Origin: Chiloscyllium plagiosum
Lineage: Eukaryota
Assembly (NCBI RefSeq): GCF_004010195.1
Contig: NC_057719.1
Span: 51,590,920-51,654,919, forward strand
Reading direction: 5' to 3'
DNA length: 64,000 bases
A program made the translations under genes and the position numbers. This document shows positions 38,150-51,450 of this stretch, one piece after another. Each line of letters starts with the position of its first letter. The stretch's first letter is position 1. The notes under the pieces are model-generated. The model worked only from the letters and a program-made list of their open reading frames with translations, made no database searches and was not told where the DNA came from.

Positions 38150-38470
38150 GACTTCCTTTTATCCTTCCGCCATCCTCCAATCCTGGAGAAGCAGACTCTG
38201 CCATGGGTGGGATAGGTGGTGTTTGAGGTGGGTATTGCTCTCTGGATTCTCATTCCACTGCTTGTGCTTGGCCTCCCTTTGCTCCACTTGGTGATGCTCA
38301 AAGTGGTTGGTGCCTTTTGGAATGCTTTTCCAGTTTGTTTTCCAGGGGAATTGATTTCCATGTGTCGGTGGGGATGTTAATTTGTTTCAGGAGGCGTTCA
38401 GGGTGTTCTTGTGGCATTTTCTGTGCCTCCCCAGTGATTGCTTACCTTTGCAGAGCTTGGATTAGAGCAC
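38150..38470 (-). mobile_element. RTE-clade LINE, 3' part (continues at 41661)
   Basis: Minus-strand KGKQSLGRHRKCHKNTLNAS resembles the RTE C-terminal G.R..G..RKRFKDTLKAS motif. Confidence 0.65.
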
Positions 38471-39426
38471 CGATCCTCGTCCTCTGACCCAAAAAAAGAT
38501 TCTGTCTGTTGGTTGGTAAGGCCTTTTCTTCCGTGTTGCAATTTTTGGCGGTCTATTTGGGAATTTAGAATAGTGGGAATGAAGGTTAGGGCAGTTGAAT
38601 GTTCCTCCTGCAGAATGTGGAAGGCAAGGGTCACATCTGGTGTCCATGCTGATTTCGTTTGTAGAAAGTGCACCCAACTCCAGCTCCTCAAAAACCGCGT
38701 TAGGGAACTAGATTTGGATGAACTTTGCATCATTCGGGAGGCGGAGAGGGTTATTGAGAGGAGTTACAGAGACGTGGTTACTCGACAGTCACGTGAAGAA
38801 GGTAGATGGGTTACCATCAGGGGGCGGAAAGGGAATCGGTAGGCAGTGCAGGGAACCCCTGTGGCCGTTCCCCTCAATAACAACTATACTGTTATGGATA
38901 CTGTTGGGGGTGGGGGAGGTGGAGGTGGAATGACTTATCGGGGTAAGCAATGGAGCACAGGTCTCTGGCACAGAGTCTGTACCTGTTGCTCAGAAGGGAA
39001 GGGGGCAGAGGAACAGAACTTTAGTCATTCGGGACTCCATAGTTAGGGAGAAACAGATTTTGTGGGAATGAGTGACTCCCGATTGGTGTTGCCTCCCAGG
39101 TGCTAGGGTTTGTGTTGTCACAGATCGGGTCCTTGGGACCCTTTAGGGGGAGGGAGAGCGGGAGCAATCCCAAGTAGTGGTCCACATAGGCACCAACAGC
39201 ATAGGTAGAAAGAAAGGTGGGATCTAAGGCAGAAATTCAGGGAGCTAGGATGGAAGCTTAGAGCTAGTACACAGAGTTGTTATCTCTGGTTTGTTGCCTG
39301 TGCCATGTGCTAGAGAAGCGAGGAATAGTGACAAGGCAGAGTTGAACACGTGGCTGCAGGTATGGTGCAGGAGGGAGGGTTTTGGATTCTTGGATTCTTG
39401 GATAATTGGAGCTCAATCTGGGGAAG

Positions 39427-39518
39427 TTAAAAATCACACAACACCAGGTTATAGTCCAACAGGTTTAATTGGAAGCACTAGCTTTTGGAGCGCTGCTCCA
39501 TCAGGTGGTTGTGGAGGG
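39427..39518 (-). mobile_element. Solo 92-bp family B pLTR unit with 12-bp TSD
   Basis: AATCTGGGGAAG at 39415-39426 and 39519-39530; hammerhead core damaged. Confidence 0.8.
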
Positions 39519-39886
39519 AATCTGGGGAAGGTAGGACCTCTACAAACAGGATGGTCTTCACCTGAACCAGAGGGTTACTAATATTCTGGGGGAAAATTTG
39601 CTAATGCTTTTCGGGTGGAGGGTGGGCTTTAAACTAATACTGCAGGGAGATGGGAACCTGAATTGTCGTTTGTGTACAGGAGGTTGAGGGTAGTGAGGTC
39701 AGGGATAGGTTTACAAGTTTGTGACAGGGCACTGACAACCAGGATGTTGGTTTGAAATGTGTGTACTTCAAAGCCAGCAGCATCTGGAATAAGGTGGGTG
39801 AACTTGCAGCATGAGTTGATACTTGGGATTTTGATGTTGTGGCCATTTCAGAGACATGGCTTGAGGAGGGACAGGAATAGTTGTTT

Positions 39887-40381
39887 AGATCAGAGTGGTG
39901 CTGGAAAAGCGCAGCAGGTCAGGCAGCATCCGAGGAGCAGGAAAATCGACATTTCGGGCAAAAGCCCTTCATCAGGAATAGAGGCAGGAAGCCTCCAGGG
40001 TGGAGAGATAAATGGGGGGTGTGGGGCGTGGGGCTGGGGAGAAGGAAGCAAAGAGTACAGTAGGTGAAGGGGGTGGGGATGGAGGTAATAGGTCAGAGAG
40101 AGGGTGGGGCGGATAGGTGGGAAGGGAGATTGGCAGGTAGGATAGGTCATGAGGACAGTGCTGGGCTGAAGGTTGGAACAGGGGTAAGGTGGGGGGAGGG
40201 GAAATGAGGAAACTGGTGAAGTCCACATTGATGCCTTGGGGGTTGAAGTGTTCTGAGGTGGAAGATGAGGCGTTCTTCCTCCAAGCGTCAGGTGGTCCGG
40301 GAGCAGCGGTGGAGGGGGCCCAGGACCTGCATGTCCTCGGCAGAGTGGGAGGGGGAGTTGAGATGTTGGGCCATGGGGTGG
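39887..40381 (-). mobile_element. Penelope-like element 3' end (GIY-YIG C-terminus + pLTR family A)
   Basis: Minus strand MAQHLNSPSHSAEDMQVLG..RLEEERLIFHL; hammerhead core at 39975-39948 with ACGT>ATGT change. Confidence 0.85.
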
Positions 40382-41660
40382 TAAGGTGTACTTTTGGTTG
40401 TGGGTAAGGTGTTGGAAAAGGTTATAGGAAATAGGATTTATAATCACGTGGAAAGGAATAATTTGATTAGGGATGGTTAACACTGTTTTGTGAAGTGTAG
40501 GTCATGTCTAACTAACCTTTATTGAGTTCTTCGAAGGTGACAGCAGGTGAATGAAGGTAAAGTGGTTGATGTGGTGTATATGGACTTCAGTAAGGCATTT
40601 GCTAAGGTTCCACACGTAGGCTATTGCACAAAATAGAGTTTTGGGATTGAAGGTGATTTAGTGAATTGGATCAGAAAGTGGCTAGCTGAAAGAAGACAGA
40701 AGGTGGTGGCTGCTGGGAAAAGTTCATCCTGGAGCTCAGTTTCCAGTGGTGTTCTGCAATGATCTGTTTTGGGGCCACTGCTGTTTGCCTTTTTTTCTTT
40801 CCTAAATGACCTGGATGTGGGTTTGGAAGGATGGGTAGTAAATTTGTGGATGACACTAAGGTAGGCAGAGTTGTGGATAGTGCTGAAGGATGTTGTGGGT
40901 TACTGAGAGACATGGGTAAGATGCAGAGCTGGGCGGAGAAGTGGCAAATGGAGTTTAATACGGAGAAGTTTGAGGTAGTTCAGTTTGGAAGGAGTAATAG
41001 GAATGCAGAATACTGGGCTAATGGTAAAATTCTTGGCTGTGTAGATGAACAGAGATCTTGGTGCCAGGTACATAAATCCCTGAAAGTTGCTACCCAGGTT
41101 GACAGGGTTGTTAAGAAGGCATATGGTGTGTTGGCATTTATTGGTGAGGGAATTGAGTTTCAGAGCCATGAGGTAATGTTATAGGAAGGATGTGGAAGTT
41201 TTGGAAAGGGTTCAGAGGAGATTGATTAGGATGTTGCCTGGTATGGAAGGAAGGTCTTAAGAGGAAAGGCTGAGGGAACTGAGACTGTTTTCATTGGAGA
41301 AAAGAAGGTTGAGAGGTGACTCGATTGAGACATACAAGATAATCAGAGGGTAGAGAGAGTGAACAGTGAGAGCCTTTTCCTCGGTTAGTGAAGGCTAACA
41401 CGAGGAGACGTAGTTTTAAATTGAGGGGTGATTGATTTTAGGACAGGTATCAGGGTAGTTTCTTTACTCAGTACTAAGGGCGTGGAACGGCCTGCCTGCA
41501 ACAGTAGTAGATTTGCTGATGTTAAGGGCATTTTGGGCATTGGGCATACATATGGATAATAATGGAGCGGTGTAGGTTAGATGGGCATCAGATTAATTTC
41601 ACAGGTCAGCGCAACATCAAGGACCGAAGGGCCTGTATTGCGCGGTTATGTTCTATATAC

Positions 41661-43600
41661 TTGATTGGGGAGTTTTGTGTTCGGCCTGAGGACAATGCTG
41701 CATCTGTCACAGCTTTTCATGTGTGAGCAGTGACTCGATACTGACGTCGTTGGCCTGGGAGAGGACTGTCTTTTCTATGCATACCCTGCCACTGGATATA
41801 CAGGATTTTTGTGAAGGCAATGCTGGTGATGACTCCAAGGAATTACATGTCTGTTGTACATAGTCCATGTTTTTGCTGCATATACAGGAGGGTGAGGCCA
41901 CTGGCTGTTTTGTAAGCTATAAGCTTGATCCTGAGTTTAAAGTGTAACTTTGAACACATTCTTTTCCTGCAGCATCCATTGGAATCGATGTTGGATATTA
42001 TCATTAATGCCTGTTCACACATAGGTCACTCGCAGTTTACAGGAAGTGGCAGGAATGAGCTGGAATATTTAGTTTGAGGCCCATTGCCCCACATGCCTGG
42101 GTGGATACATTGATGGATTGTAACTTGGCTTCGGGCCTGTGCATACGCAATGTTGTCTATGTACTGCATGTTGTTGACAAAGTTGGAGGTGGTTTTGGTT
42201 TGGAGCTGTTAAAGGTTGAATCATTTTTTGCTCATCCTGCAGGTTAGGTTAACTCCACTCCAGCAAGGAGCCTATCTGGAGATAAGGTGGTGTGCTGTGG
42301 TGAGGAAGATATGGAAGAGTGTTGTGGTGATGATAGAGCCCTGCTTGACCCCAGTTTGCAATCATAGTGGGTCTGTGGTGGATCTGTTGGCAAGGATCAT
42401 ACCTTGCATGTCGTCATGAAACAGGCAGAGCAATGAATTTCTGCAGGTAACTGAATCTTAGGATATTCCATAATCCCTCATATTTGACAAGAGTTGAAGG
42501 CCTTTGGAAGTTCGAACATGACCACGAACAGAGGTCGGCACCTTTCCCTTCACTTTTATTGGATTTGTCACGGAGTGGAAATAATGTCCATTTGTGCCTC
42601 TTTGACAAGCAGAAGCCAGTTTGAGATTTTGGGGAGGGGCTGTTCAGCCACTGAAAGGAGATGGGTTGAGGAAGATTCTCACGTCGATCTTTCCCATGGC
42701 AGGCAGTGGGGAAATCCTTCTGTACTTTCCACAGTTGTACCTGTCTCCTTTCTGAGATCTCCCAGCATGCTTTATTCCTTCAAGGCAAGGACGATGGCTG
42801 TGGATTTGTCAAATTTTTTTTTTTGAGCTGTCAGATGGCTTTTTTTGACTTTACAATGGGTTGATTATGCACTGAGATGATGGCAGGTACTGTGGCATGA
42901 TGATGTCGAGAGCACTTATGTTGAAGGCTGCATCTTGATTGAGGAGGTCCTCTAAGTGCTGTCTCTAGCAGGCGTTGATTGCTTGTTGGCTTTTATTGAG
43001 GCACTCTCTGTTTTGGTTCTTAGTGGAGTGAGTCTCAGGATTCTCGGTCTGTAAATAACTTTGTACTGAAGAAGTTGTACACTTCATGGCTATTGACGAG
43101 TGTCATGCTCTTTTTGTACCCACCATCTATTCTTTCGGTGACTGTTTGTTTCTTTATTGCACCTCGTCCTTCAGTTGCCTATAGGTTTGTTTATTCTCAT
43201 TTGAATTTTGTTGGAGCTACCGGTTCACGAACACATCATGCGTGTGTTGTGGGAGATCCTGAATCTCTTGATCATTCTTGTTGAATTGGTCTTGGTTCAT
43301 GGTTGAGATGCTGAGCATCTCTATACCATTGCTCGCTGTGGTGGCGTTTGGAGGGGACCAGTTGCTGTGGGCACTTGTAAGAATCTGGCACATTGGTCTT
43401 CATCAGGATAGTTGAGAGGCACCACCTGAATACGTCTACCTTCTCAGGGTCTTTTAAGTCCAGCAGTAGTGAGTCATCTGTGGCAGAATTTTCCTCGCTG
43501 AGATGTTAGAATGCGGTGACAACTTCTTGCCACAGAGGTAAAATTCAAGTGTCTATTGTCCATTGTCATTATCCATTGTCATTAGGTGTTACCGATAAAC
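41661..43600 (-). mobile_element. RTE-clade LINE, degenerate ORF
   Basis: Minus-strand VLSQANDVSIESLLT; joins the 38150-38470 piece across the CR1 insertion. Confidence 0.65.
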
Positions 43601-43607
43601 AGGTTTG

Positions 43608-43919
43608 GGGCGGCACGGTGGCACAGTGTTTAGCACTGCTGCCTCACAGCGCCAGAGACCCGGGTTCAATTCCCGCCTCAGGCGACTGTCTGTGTGGAGT
43701 TTGCACATTCCCCCTGTGTCTCCGGGTGCTTTGGTTTCCTCCCACAGTCCAAAAATGTGCAGGTTAGGTGAATTGGCCATGCTAAAATTGCCCATAGTGT
43801 CAGGTGAAGGGATAAATGTAGGGGAATGTGTTTGGGTGGGTTGCGCTTCTGCGGGTCGGTGTGGACTTGTTGGGCCGAAGGGCCTGTTTTCACACTGTAA
43901 GTAATCTAATCTAATCTAA
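43608..43919 (+). mobile_element. HE1-type SINE
   Basis: GGGCGGCACGGTGGCACAG head, B box, (AATCT)3 tail. Confidence 0.92.
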
Positions 43920-44023
43920 GTTCCATTATGTACGATGGGATATGAGGAGATAAAAACTGAAAGGAAGAAGTGGTTGAGAGAGTGGATAAGAGATGGAGTG
44001 CTGATCAACTTGTATACAAACTT

Positions 44024-44510
44024 AGAATCATAGAGTCACAGATGTACAGCATGGAAACAGACCCTTCAATCCAACTCGCCCATGCCAACCAGATATCCCA
44101 ATCCAATCTAGTCCCACCTGCCAGCATCTGGCCCATATCCCTCCAAACCCTTCCTATTCGCATACCCATCCAGATGCCTTTTAAATGTTGCAGTTGTACT
44201 AGCCTCCACCACTTCCTCTGGTAGCTCATTCCATACATGTACCACCTTCTGAGTGAAAAAGTTGCCCTTTCGGGCTCTTTTATATCTTTACCTTCTCTTT
44301 CTCTAAACCTATGCCCCACACCAGGGAAGTGACTTTGTCTATTTATCCTATCCATGCCCCTCATGATTTTATAAACCTCTATCAGCCTTCGCTCCAGGGA
44401 AAACAGCCCTAGCCTATTCAACCACTCCCTATAGCTCAAATCCTCCAACCTGGCAACATTCTTGTAAATCTTTTCTGAACCCTTTCAAGTTTTATAACAT
44501 CTTTGCCATA
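44024..44510 (-). mobile_element. CR1 (HER1-like) 3' end
   Basis: EDLSYREWLNRLGLFSLERR. Confidence 0.9.
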
Positions 44511-45954
44511 ATTAAGCAATTTGGGGGAACACTGATCTAGCCACATATGAATTTCTAGAGCGAATGTAAGGTTCTTCAAAGACTGCTTAAATGATATATT
44601 TTGCAGTGCCCATAAGATGCATTTTAGAGTGAGCATTCTTGATATGTAAACAATTGACTGACAAACAGATCACTGATGGGTTGACTGATTTTTCTTTTAT
44701 TCAATGAAGCGAAGTTCTACTTTTAAAGAAATCATGGACGTTCTGTTGATCCTGAAAGTGCACCTATTAAATTGGACTTAATTCAAAGCACCAATTGCTA
44801 AGCAGAGGGAGGATTTTGATAGAATGTAGAACCTCAAGTTTGACTACCTATTTTCAGCTGGGCTTAAAAGTTATTGTTGAATTTGTATTGGTACACAGCA
44901 TTATCATTCTGTTAGTACTGTTAATTCATGAAAATTCTATTATCGTAGCTTCCATACTTACAGGTATCCCATCTAAGGAATGATATTTCGTGTCTGTGCT
45001 GAATTGATTTTTCCGATTGTGTGGAATTTTTTCTACAGCAAGAAATTGTGAAAGAATGCCATATAAGTTAGGGTTTTTTTTTTAGGGAGTTTGAAAATGA
45101 ATAACTTACTTTTGAGAATGTTGTAAACCTAATTTAATAGTAAAAGAGTTGAGAAAATCCCGTTGCTCAATTGCTGTCCATTGTCTAATTCTCAGGCAGT
45201 TTGCTGTTGTGATATCAAAAGTACATTTTTTTTAAAAAAAAAAGTGCTCTATAGCACAGAAATACATGCTTCATAACTGTTATTTTGAGTTTATACTTCT
45301 GATTTATAAATCCATCTGACATTATTGAAGGCTGTATGTGACCTTGTTACATTGAGTAGGAAGTCTGCATTGATATTTTGAGTTAATTACCAACAATTTA
45401 TAAATGACATTTATTAATGTTCAAAATACATAAAGAGCATTTAAGAAAAATCCTGGTTCACCTGTTTGTGTCAGTTAAATCTTGTGTTTTCTGTTTCTTT
45501 TTACGCAATTATTAGTCTGTGGGAAGGTATTTAAATTTGGGTTTAATTCTACAGTCCATGTGAGTACACATTGTTTGACAGTATATAACTTGAGTGTATG
45601 AGTTTCATTTTGTCTAAAACATGTCAGAGTCAGTAGAGGCATGGTAGGATGAGTGACCACCTTCTTTGTTGTGAAATCCTAATTTAGAGGTTAAGGTTTC
45701 AATTAAGTTGGAATTGGAGCATTGTGTCAATGAGGTGCCATTGCTGAAGTACAAGGGACATCATCCTCCACACACTCTCAGTACAGCTGTATGAATAATT
45801 AGTATGAAGCTAATGTATTTTGCTTCAATGCAACGGTTTTATTTAATTACATCTTTCAAAGTACCTGAGATTAGTGCCATAATGAATTTTTGTAGTATTT
45901 TTGAAGACATTCCAATCATTATTTTTTCTGCACTCGCCCACTTCTGCACTTTGT

Positions 45955-46270
45955 GGGCGGCACGGTGGCACAGTGGTTAGCACTGCTGCCTCACAGCGCC
46001 AGAGACCTGGGTTCAATTCCCGACTCAGGCGACTGACTGTGTGGAGTTTGCACGTTCTCCCTGTGTCTACGTGGGTTTCCTCCGGGTGCTCCGGTTTCCT
46101 CCCACAATCCAAAAATGTGCGGGTCAGGTGAATTGGCCATGCTAAATTGCCCGTAGTGTTAGGTTAAAGGGGTAAATGTAGGGGTATGGGTGGGTTGCGC
46201 TTCGGCGGGTCGGTGTGGACTTGTTGGGCCGAATGGCCTGTTTCCACACTGTAAGTAATCTAATCTAATC
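45955..46270 (+). mobile_element. HE1-type SINE, well preserved
   Basis: A box TGGCACAGTGG, B box GGTTCAATTCC, central core, AATCT tail. Confidence 0.93.
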
Positions 46271-46324
46271 AATAGCTATCAATTTATGATGGGCTAAAGT
46301 TCTGAAAAGTTGACATTTCAGAAT

Positions 46325-46436
46325 GCTTGAAACATTGACTCTCCTGTTCCTCTGGTACTGCCTGACTGGCTATGCTTTCTCAGTACCACACTTTTTAGTT
46401 CTGAGCTCCAGCATCTGCAGTCCTAGCTTTCTCCTA
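46325..46436 (+). mobile_element. Degenerate family A pLTR unit
   Basis: gaaacattgactctcctgttcc...ccagcatctgcagtcc...tttctcc parallels 16-121. Confidence 0.6.
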
Positions 46437-46829
46437 AAGGTTCTTAAAAGCCTAATAGATTACTTTGGGAAAAGAGCTGGATATTGGCAATAGTCTTGGA
46501 TTGTTTCAGCACAGAGCTAGCATAGAAATGATAAGCTGAGTGACCTAGTTTTCTGCAAACCTTGTTTAAATATTCTTAATGTTTGTCAAATCTGTTAAAT
46601 TAACTGCAGTAAAAATCTTTACCAGGACGTTCTGGTATATTTTATGTATGACCATGCAATGTATTATAATAATACTTATTATAGGTTTTAATAGCCTTCT
46701 CTTGTGGAAAACTTAAAGTAACTACTCTATTTTGGTTTAGGTAATTTTGATAAAAAATTTCTCCAGGTGTTTGAAGAGTGATTATTTGCAGAGATGTCTT
46801 CACATTGAATATATCCTCCATTGTGTTGT

Positions 46830-47745
46830 GCATCACTAACAGTGTGCTGAATGAGTCATTGGGGATGTTGTAACACACAACTGGGCAATCATGAGATGCT
46901 CTGGACTATCAGCGGAAATGTATTCAACCACCATCTGTAACTTCATGACCCAGTTTATCCTCCATTCTATCATTACCATCAAGCCATGAAATCAATGTTG
47001 GTTCAGGTGAAGTGTGCCAGAAACAGCACCCAAAACATTCACCAAAAATGAGGTGTCAGGCTCAGGTCTACTTGCATGCTAAACAGCATAAGCAGCAAAT
47101 GATGGAGCTAGGCAATTCCATAATCGACTGATAAGATCAAAACTCTGCAGTTCAACCACATCCGGCTATAAATGGTGGCGGGACAGTTAAATAGCTCATG
47201 GAAGAGGAGGCTTCTCAAATATCCCAATCATTAATGGTGGGAACTGGCAAGTCGGTTGGAAAAAAATAACAAGGCTAAAGCATTTGCAAGAATCTTCAGC
47301 CAGAAGGATCATGTAAATGATTCATCTTGGCCTCTGAAGCATTACATATGTCAGTTTTTAGCCAGTTGGATTCAAAATACGTGATAAAGAAACTGGAGGT
47401 AGTGGTTACAAGAGAAGCTATAGATCCTGATGACATTCTGGCAATTGTAGTGAAGATGTGTTCTTCAGTATCTGGTGTGCCCCTAGTTAAGCTATTCCAA
47501 TACAGCTGAAATTTGGTATTTACCTGAAACATGGATACTTCCTGTGGTACGTCCTGTGCATTAAAAAGCAAGACAAAATCCTACCTGGCCAGTTAGTACC
47601 TCTGAGTCATACTGCTGGTTATCAGTAAAATGATGGAAACTGTCATTTTATAGTGCCATCAAGCAGCACTGCTTATCAATAACCTGTGCACTTATGCTGA
47701 GTTTGTGTTCCAGAGGACCATTCTGTTCCTACCATGTGGACAGGA
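46830..47745 (+). mobile_element. Old CR1-group LINE fragment
   Basis: Shares aaatatccc..tc..t.a.g.tgg...aaggctaaagcatttgcaa with 8190-8275; DPDDILAIVVKMCSS..PLVKLFQ. Confidence 0.6.
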
Positions 47746-48859
47746 TATTCATTATCGCCTGCAACATAAGTTGGCTATGGATATCTTGATTGAAGAATCC
47801 AACAGATTTTTTAAATGTAGCTATTATGCACAAATACTACAATTGACCAGCAGGCTTCCAGTATTGTACATCATACGGCAGGTTTCAAATCTATAACCAG
47901 GTGTTATGATCCCAACAGATGGTAGTATTTGAGAAGTCATCCTACTGTGAAACGTGGCTTGACTGACCACTGTGGTCATAAAGTCCTTTAGTAAAAATAC
48001 CATAGCAGCCTTTTGTGAACATGTCAAAGGACCATCAAATTTTATTACACATGAAAGGAAACGTAAACTACTTTGCACTGTATGAAATCTATTTGAAATG
48101 ATCTTAGCACAAGTATTAGAAATAAAGATTCAACCTCTTTTATCTTCAATAACAGCCGTACAGATACTCCAAACTCAGTAAAAGGTCACCACTTAAGTTC
48201 CTTATTCAGTTGGAATTATTGGAATAGTTTCTGAAGCTTCCTTTTTGCCGACTTCTAAATAATTTGTGAGTAAGCAAATCTGTTTTCTGTTTTTGGTGGT
48301 TGTTTCCTCTTCAGTCACTCTGCTTTTCCTCAGCCTTGATCTTCTTTTATGTATTAAATTGAAGTATTTTTTCACTTGACCAAAACACTCTACACTCCCC
48401 AATCTGGGTAGTTCGGTCTTTTTATGATGCTGGACTCATTGTGAGGCAACAAGTTTTTTTTTTCTCTCTCCCACACTTTTTTTTTAACAATACACTGAAC
48501 TATTCACATGAGATTTTGAAGACCACATTTCAATACATATGAGTTCAATACATGCTGATTTCAAAAGTGAATGTAAAATGAATGTTTTCCCTTCTTAACC
48601 TGGGTAATGTAGAAAATCGAATTAAACATAGTGAATCCATCCATTTGTTCTTCAAAGTCTCTAACATTGCTTAATGAGGGATCAAAAGGTTTAAAAAGGA
48701 GAAGTATGAAGGCAGAATTGTTATTTTTCAATAATTAATCATTTAGATTTTAGACGAGTGATTAATTATGTTTAATTGTGATTAGTTTTCTGTAAGGAAA
48801 GTAGCCATATTGCCCACGCCAAAAATAATGTCATATTTCATTATTTAAGGAAAGGTATC

Positions 48860-49355
48860 ATTTTAATTTGAGGCAGTTTCAGAGAATGTTCACCTAGAAT
48901 GATACCTGGAAAGACGGATTATCTTTGAACAAACACTAAATAGATTGGGAATCTACTCACTGGTGTCTACAAGAATGAGAGGTCATCTCATTTAAGCATG
49001 ATTGACAAGGTAAATGTTCAGAGGATGTTTCCCTTCATGGATGAGTCTAAGACCAGTGGGCATAGTCTCAGAATAAAGGGTTACCAATTTAAGACTGAGA
49101 TGAGAAGGAGTTTCTTTGAAAGCTGAGAGCCTTTGGAACTACTTGCCACAGAGCTGCGGAAGCAAAGTACTTGTGTATATTTAAGGCTGAGATAGGTAGA
49201 TTGATTCTTGATCGTTGGGGGAATTCAGGGTTACGAGGTTGGGCTGGAAAGTGGATGTGAGGAACATGTAGATCAGCCATGATCCTATTCATTGGTGGAC
49301 CAGGCTTGAGGGGTCGAATGGCCTATTCCTGTTCCTATTTCGTATGGTCTTGTGG
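48860..49355 (+). mobile_element. CR1 3' end (different subfamily)
   Basis: gagtctaagaccagtgggcatagtctcagaataaaggg; tail cctattcctgttcctattt. Confidence 0.7.
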
Positions 49356-50039
49356 TCATGGGTTTGTGATTTGTTTTATGGCCCAGGCTAACGCAAACTT
49401 GAAATGTGAAAATGTTTTGAGGTAAATGGATTTTATTCAAAGACACACCATTATATTTTAAAATGGTTTAGTTTTGTCACAATATATGTAACAGATGTTT
49501 TTCCATTAGTTTTGTATAGATGTTTTGATATTTTAGGTATCAGCAGTTATTCTGAATTCATGCAAAGTTCTTTTAAAGGCTGTATGATGTTTTGGAGAAT
49601 ATTTCATTTATGAGCTGGGACATTTGGGGTGATATTATCACTAGGGACATGACACTACATTTTTGGAACAAATAATGTTGTTCTGTTGGTGCCATCTATC
49701 TTTAGTAAGCTAAGACAGATAATCCACTGCAAAAGCGATGCTCTTACAACGTGATTCCCATGTCAAATAATTGATTGGGACCAGTGATGCTAAGATGAAA
49801 TTTGTTTCTTTGAAAGTAATCTTGAATTGGGCAAACACTAATTAGTCAGTCCAAGATTGACTGACTGAATTGTTTACACATTAATAAGCCAATTAGAATT
49901 TAAGACATTTGATTTTGTACGGGTGTTAAGGAGCTTGCAAGGATTAATAAACTGTGATTCTTTGTGTTTCGGTGCACGAGGAGAGGAACAGCAGTATTCC
50001 TTCAGTCAACAGAACAAGAGAAGTGTGCTCAATTGACCT

Positions 50040-51450
50040 GTCATTGAATCATGTTATTTTACAGCATGGAAGGAGAAGCTTCAGCCCATTGTGCTGTCAA
50101 TCAAACATCTATCCATTCTAATTCCATTTGTCAGCACTTGACCTGTTGACTTGTATGGTATAGCATTTCAAAAGCTCATTCTAAATTTGCTAAAATGCCT
50201 CGAGTGCTCCTTGCATTTACCACCCTTTTTAGGCTATGAATGCTAGATTTTTTTAAAAAAATCACCCTCTGGATGAACCTTTTCTCACTCATCTCTTCTA
50301 AACCTCTACTTCTTAACTTAAATCTATGGCTCTTCATTATCGATCTTCCTAATAAAATGAAAAGTTTCTCCCTATATGCCCCTCATAACTTTGTACATCT
50401 CAATTAGGTCTCCCCCTCAGCCTTCTATAAAACAACTGTGGATGTTGGTGATCTGAAACAAAAACAAATTATTGCTGGAAAATCTCAGTGGGTCTGGCAG
50501 CATTTAGGAAGACAGCAAAGTTTACATTTCATGTTCGGGGACTGTCCATCAGAACCTCCCTCAGCCTTCTCTGCTGGAAGAAAACAACCTGAGTCTATCT
50601 AGTCTCTCTTCATAATTGAATTACTCCAGCCCCCGCAACATCCTGGTGAATCTCTGCACCCCATCTAGTGCAGTTCTGAAGCAGGGTCACCAGACGCAAA
50701 TTATTAACTTTATTTTCTTTCCATAGATGCTGCCAAATCTACTGAATTTTTTTCAGCAGTTTCTGATTTTGTTTTGCATTCTTCCTTTAGTGTGGTGGCC
50801 AGAACTGCACACAATATTGCAGTTGTGGCCAAGCTAATGTTATAAAAGTCTATCATAGCTTCCTTACTCTTAGATTCAATGGCTAATAAAGGCAAGTATT
50901 CTATATGCCCTTCATCTTACCTACTTGCCTTGCTGTATTCAAGAATCTCTGGAATAAATGCCAAGGTCCGTCTGCTTTGTATTTCCTAGGGTCCTACCAT
51001 TCAACATGTGTTCCGTTACTGTGTTAGTTTTCCCAGAATGCATCACTTCACATTTTTCAAGATTAAATTCCATTTGCCACTGCTCAGCCTATCAATGTTA
51101 TCCTGTATTCTAAGGCTTTTCTCCTGCCTATTTACCAAGCTACAAATTTTCATGTCCTCTCCAAACTTAATGATCATATATCCTACATTTAAATCTAAAT
51201 CATTAATGTTCACAAAAAAACAGCTAGGGGCATCACTGAACTCTATATGCTTGACACTGGATACAGGCTTGCCTCTTCAACCACCACTTAGCCAACGTTC
51301 GAGCCACTTTGCCAAATTGCCTTGGATCCTATGGGCTTTTGCTGCTTAAACATTGTGCCATGAAAAACCTTGTCAAAAACCTTAGTGAAGTTCATCTAGA
51401 TCACATCAACTGCACTACCCTCATGTACACACCTTATCACCTCTTTGAAT
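50040..51450 (-). mobile_element. Old CR1 3' part with two pLTR-type insertions (50427-50557, ~50673-50775)
   Basis: CR1 similarity either side; CCCTCAGCCTTCT duplicated at 50414-50426 and 50558-50570. Confidence 0.65.

Larger units (their letters stand above)
38471..41660 (+). mobile_element. Near-full-span CR1 LINE (5' UTR, zinc-finger/esterase ORF1, ORF2 with internal loss, 3' tail), pseudogenised
   Basis: ORF1 from 38579 MKVRAVECSSCRMW...CRKCTQLQLL; esterase-like VIRDSIV, VHIGTN and DGLHLN; RT KFVDDTK; ATGTTCT-type tail. Confidence 0.85.

Noticed and set aside
45955..46030. tRNA-like A/B boxes (also 26920, 43608, 11992)
   Set aside because: SINE heads continuing into SINE body and tail, not tRNA genes
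47902..48490. LTR-like stretch beginning TGTTATGA
   Set aside because: No matching terminus or TSD found
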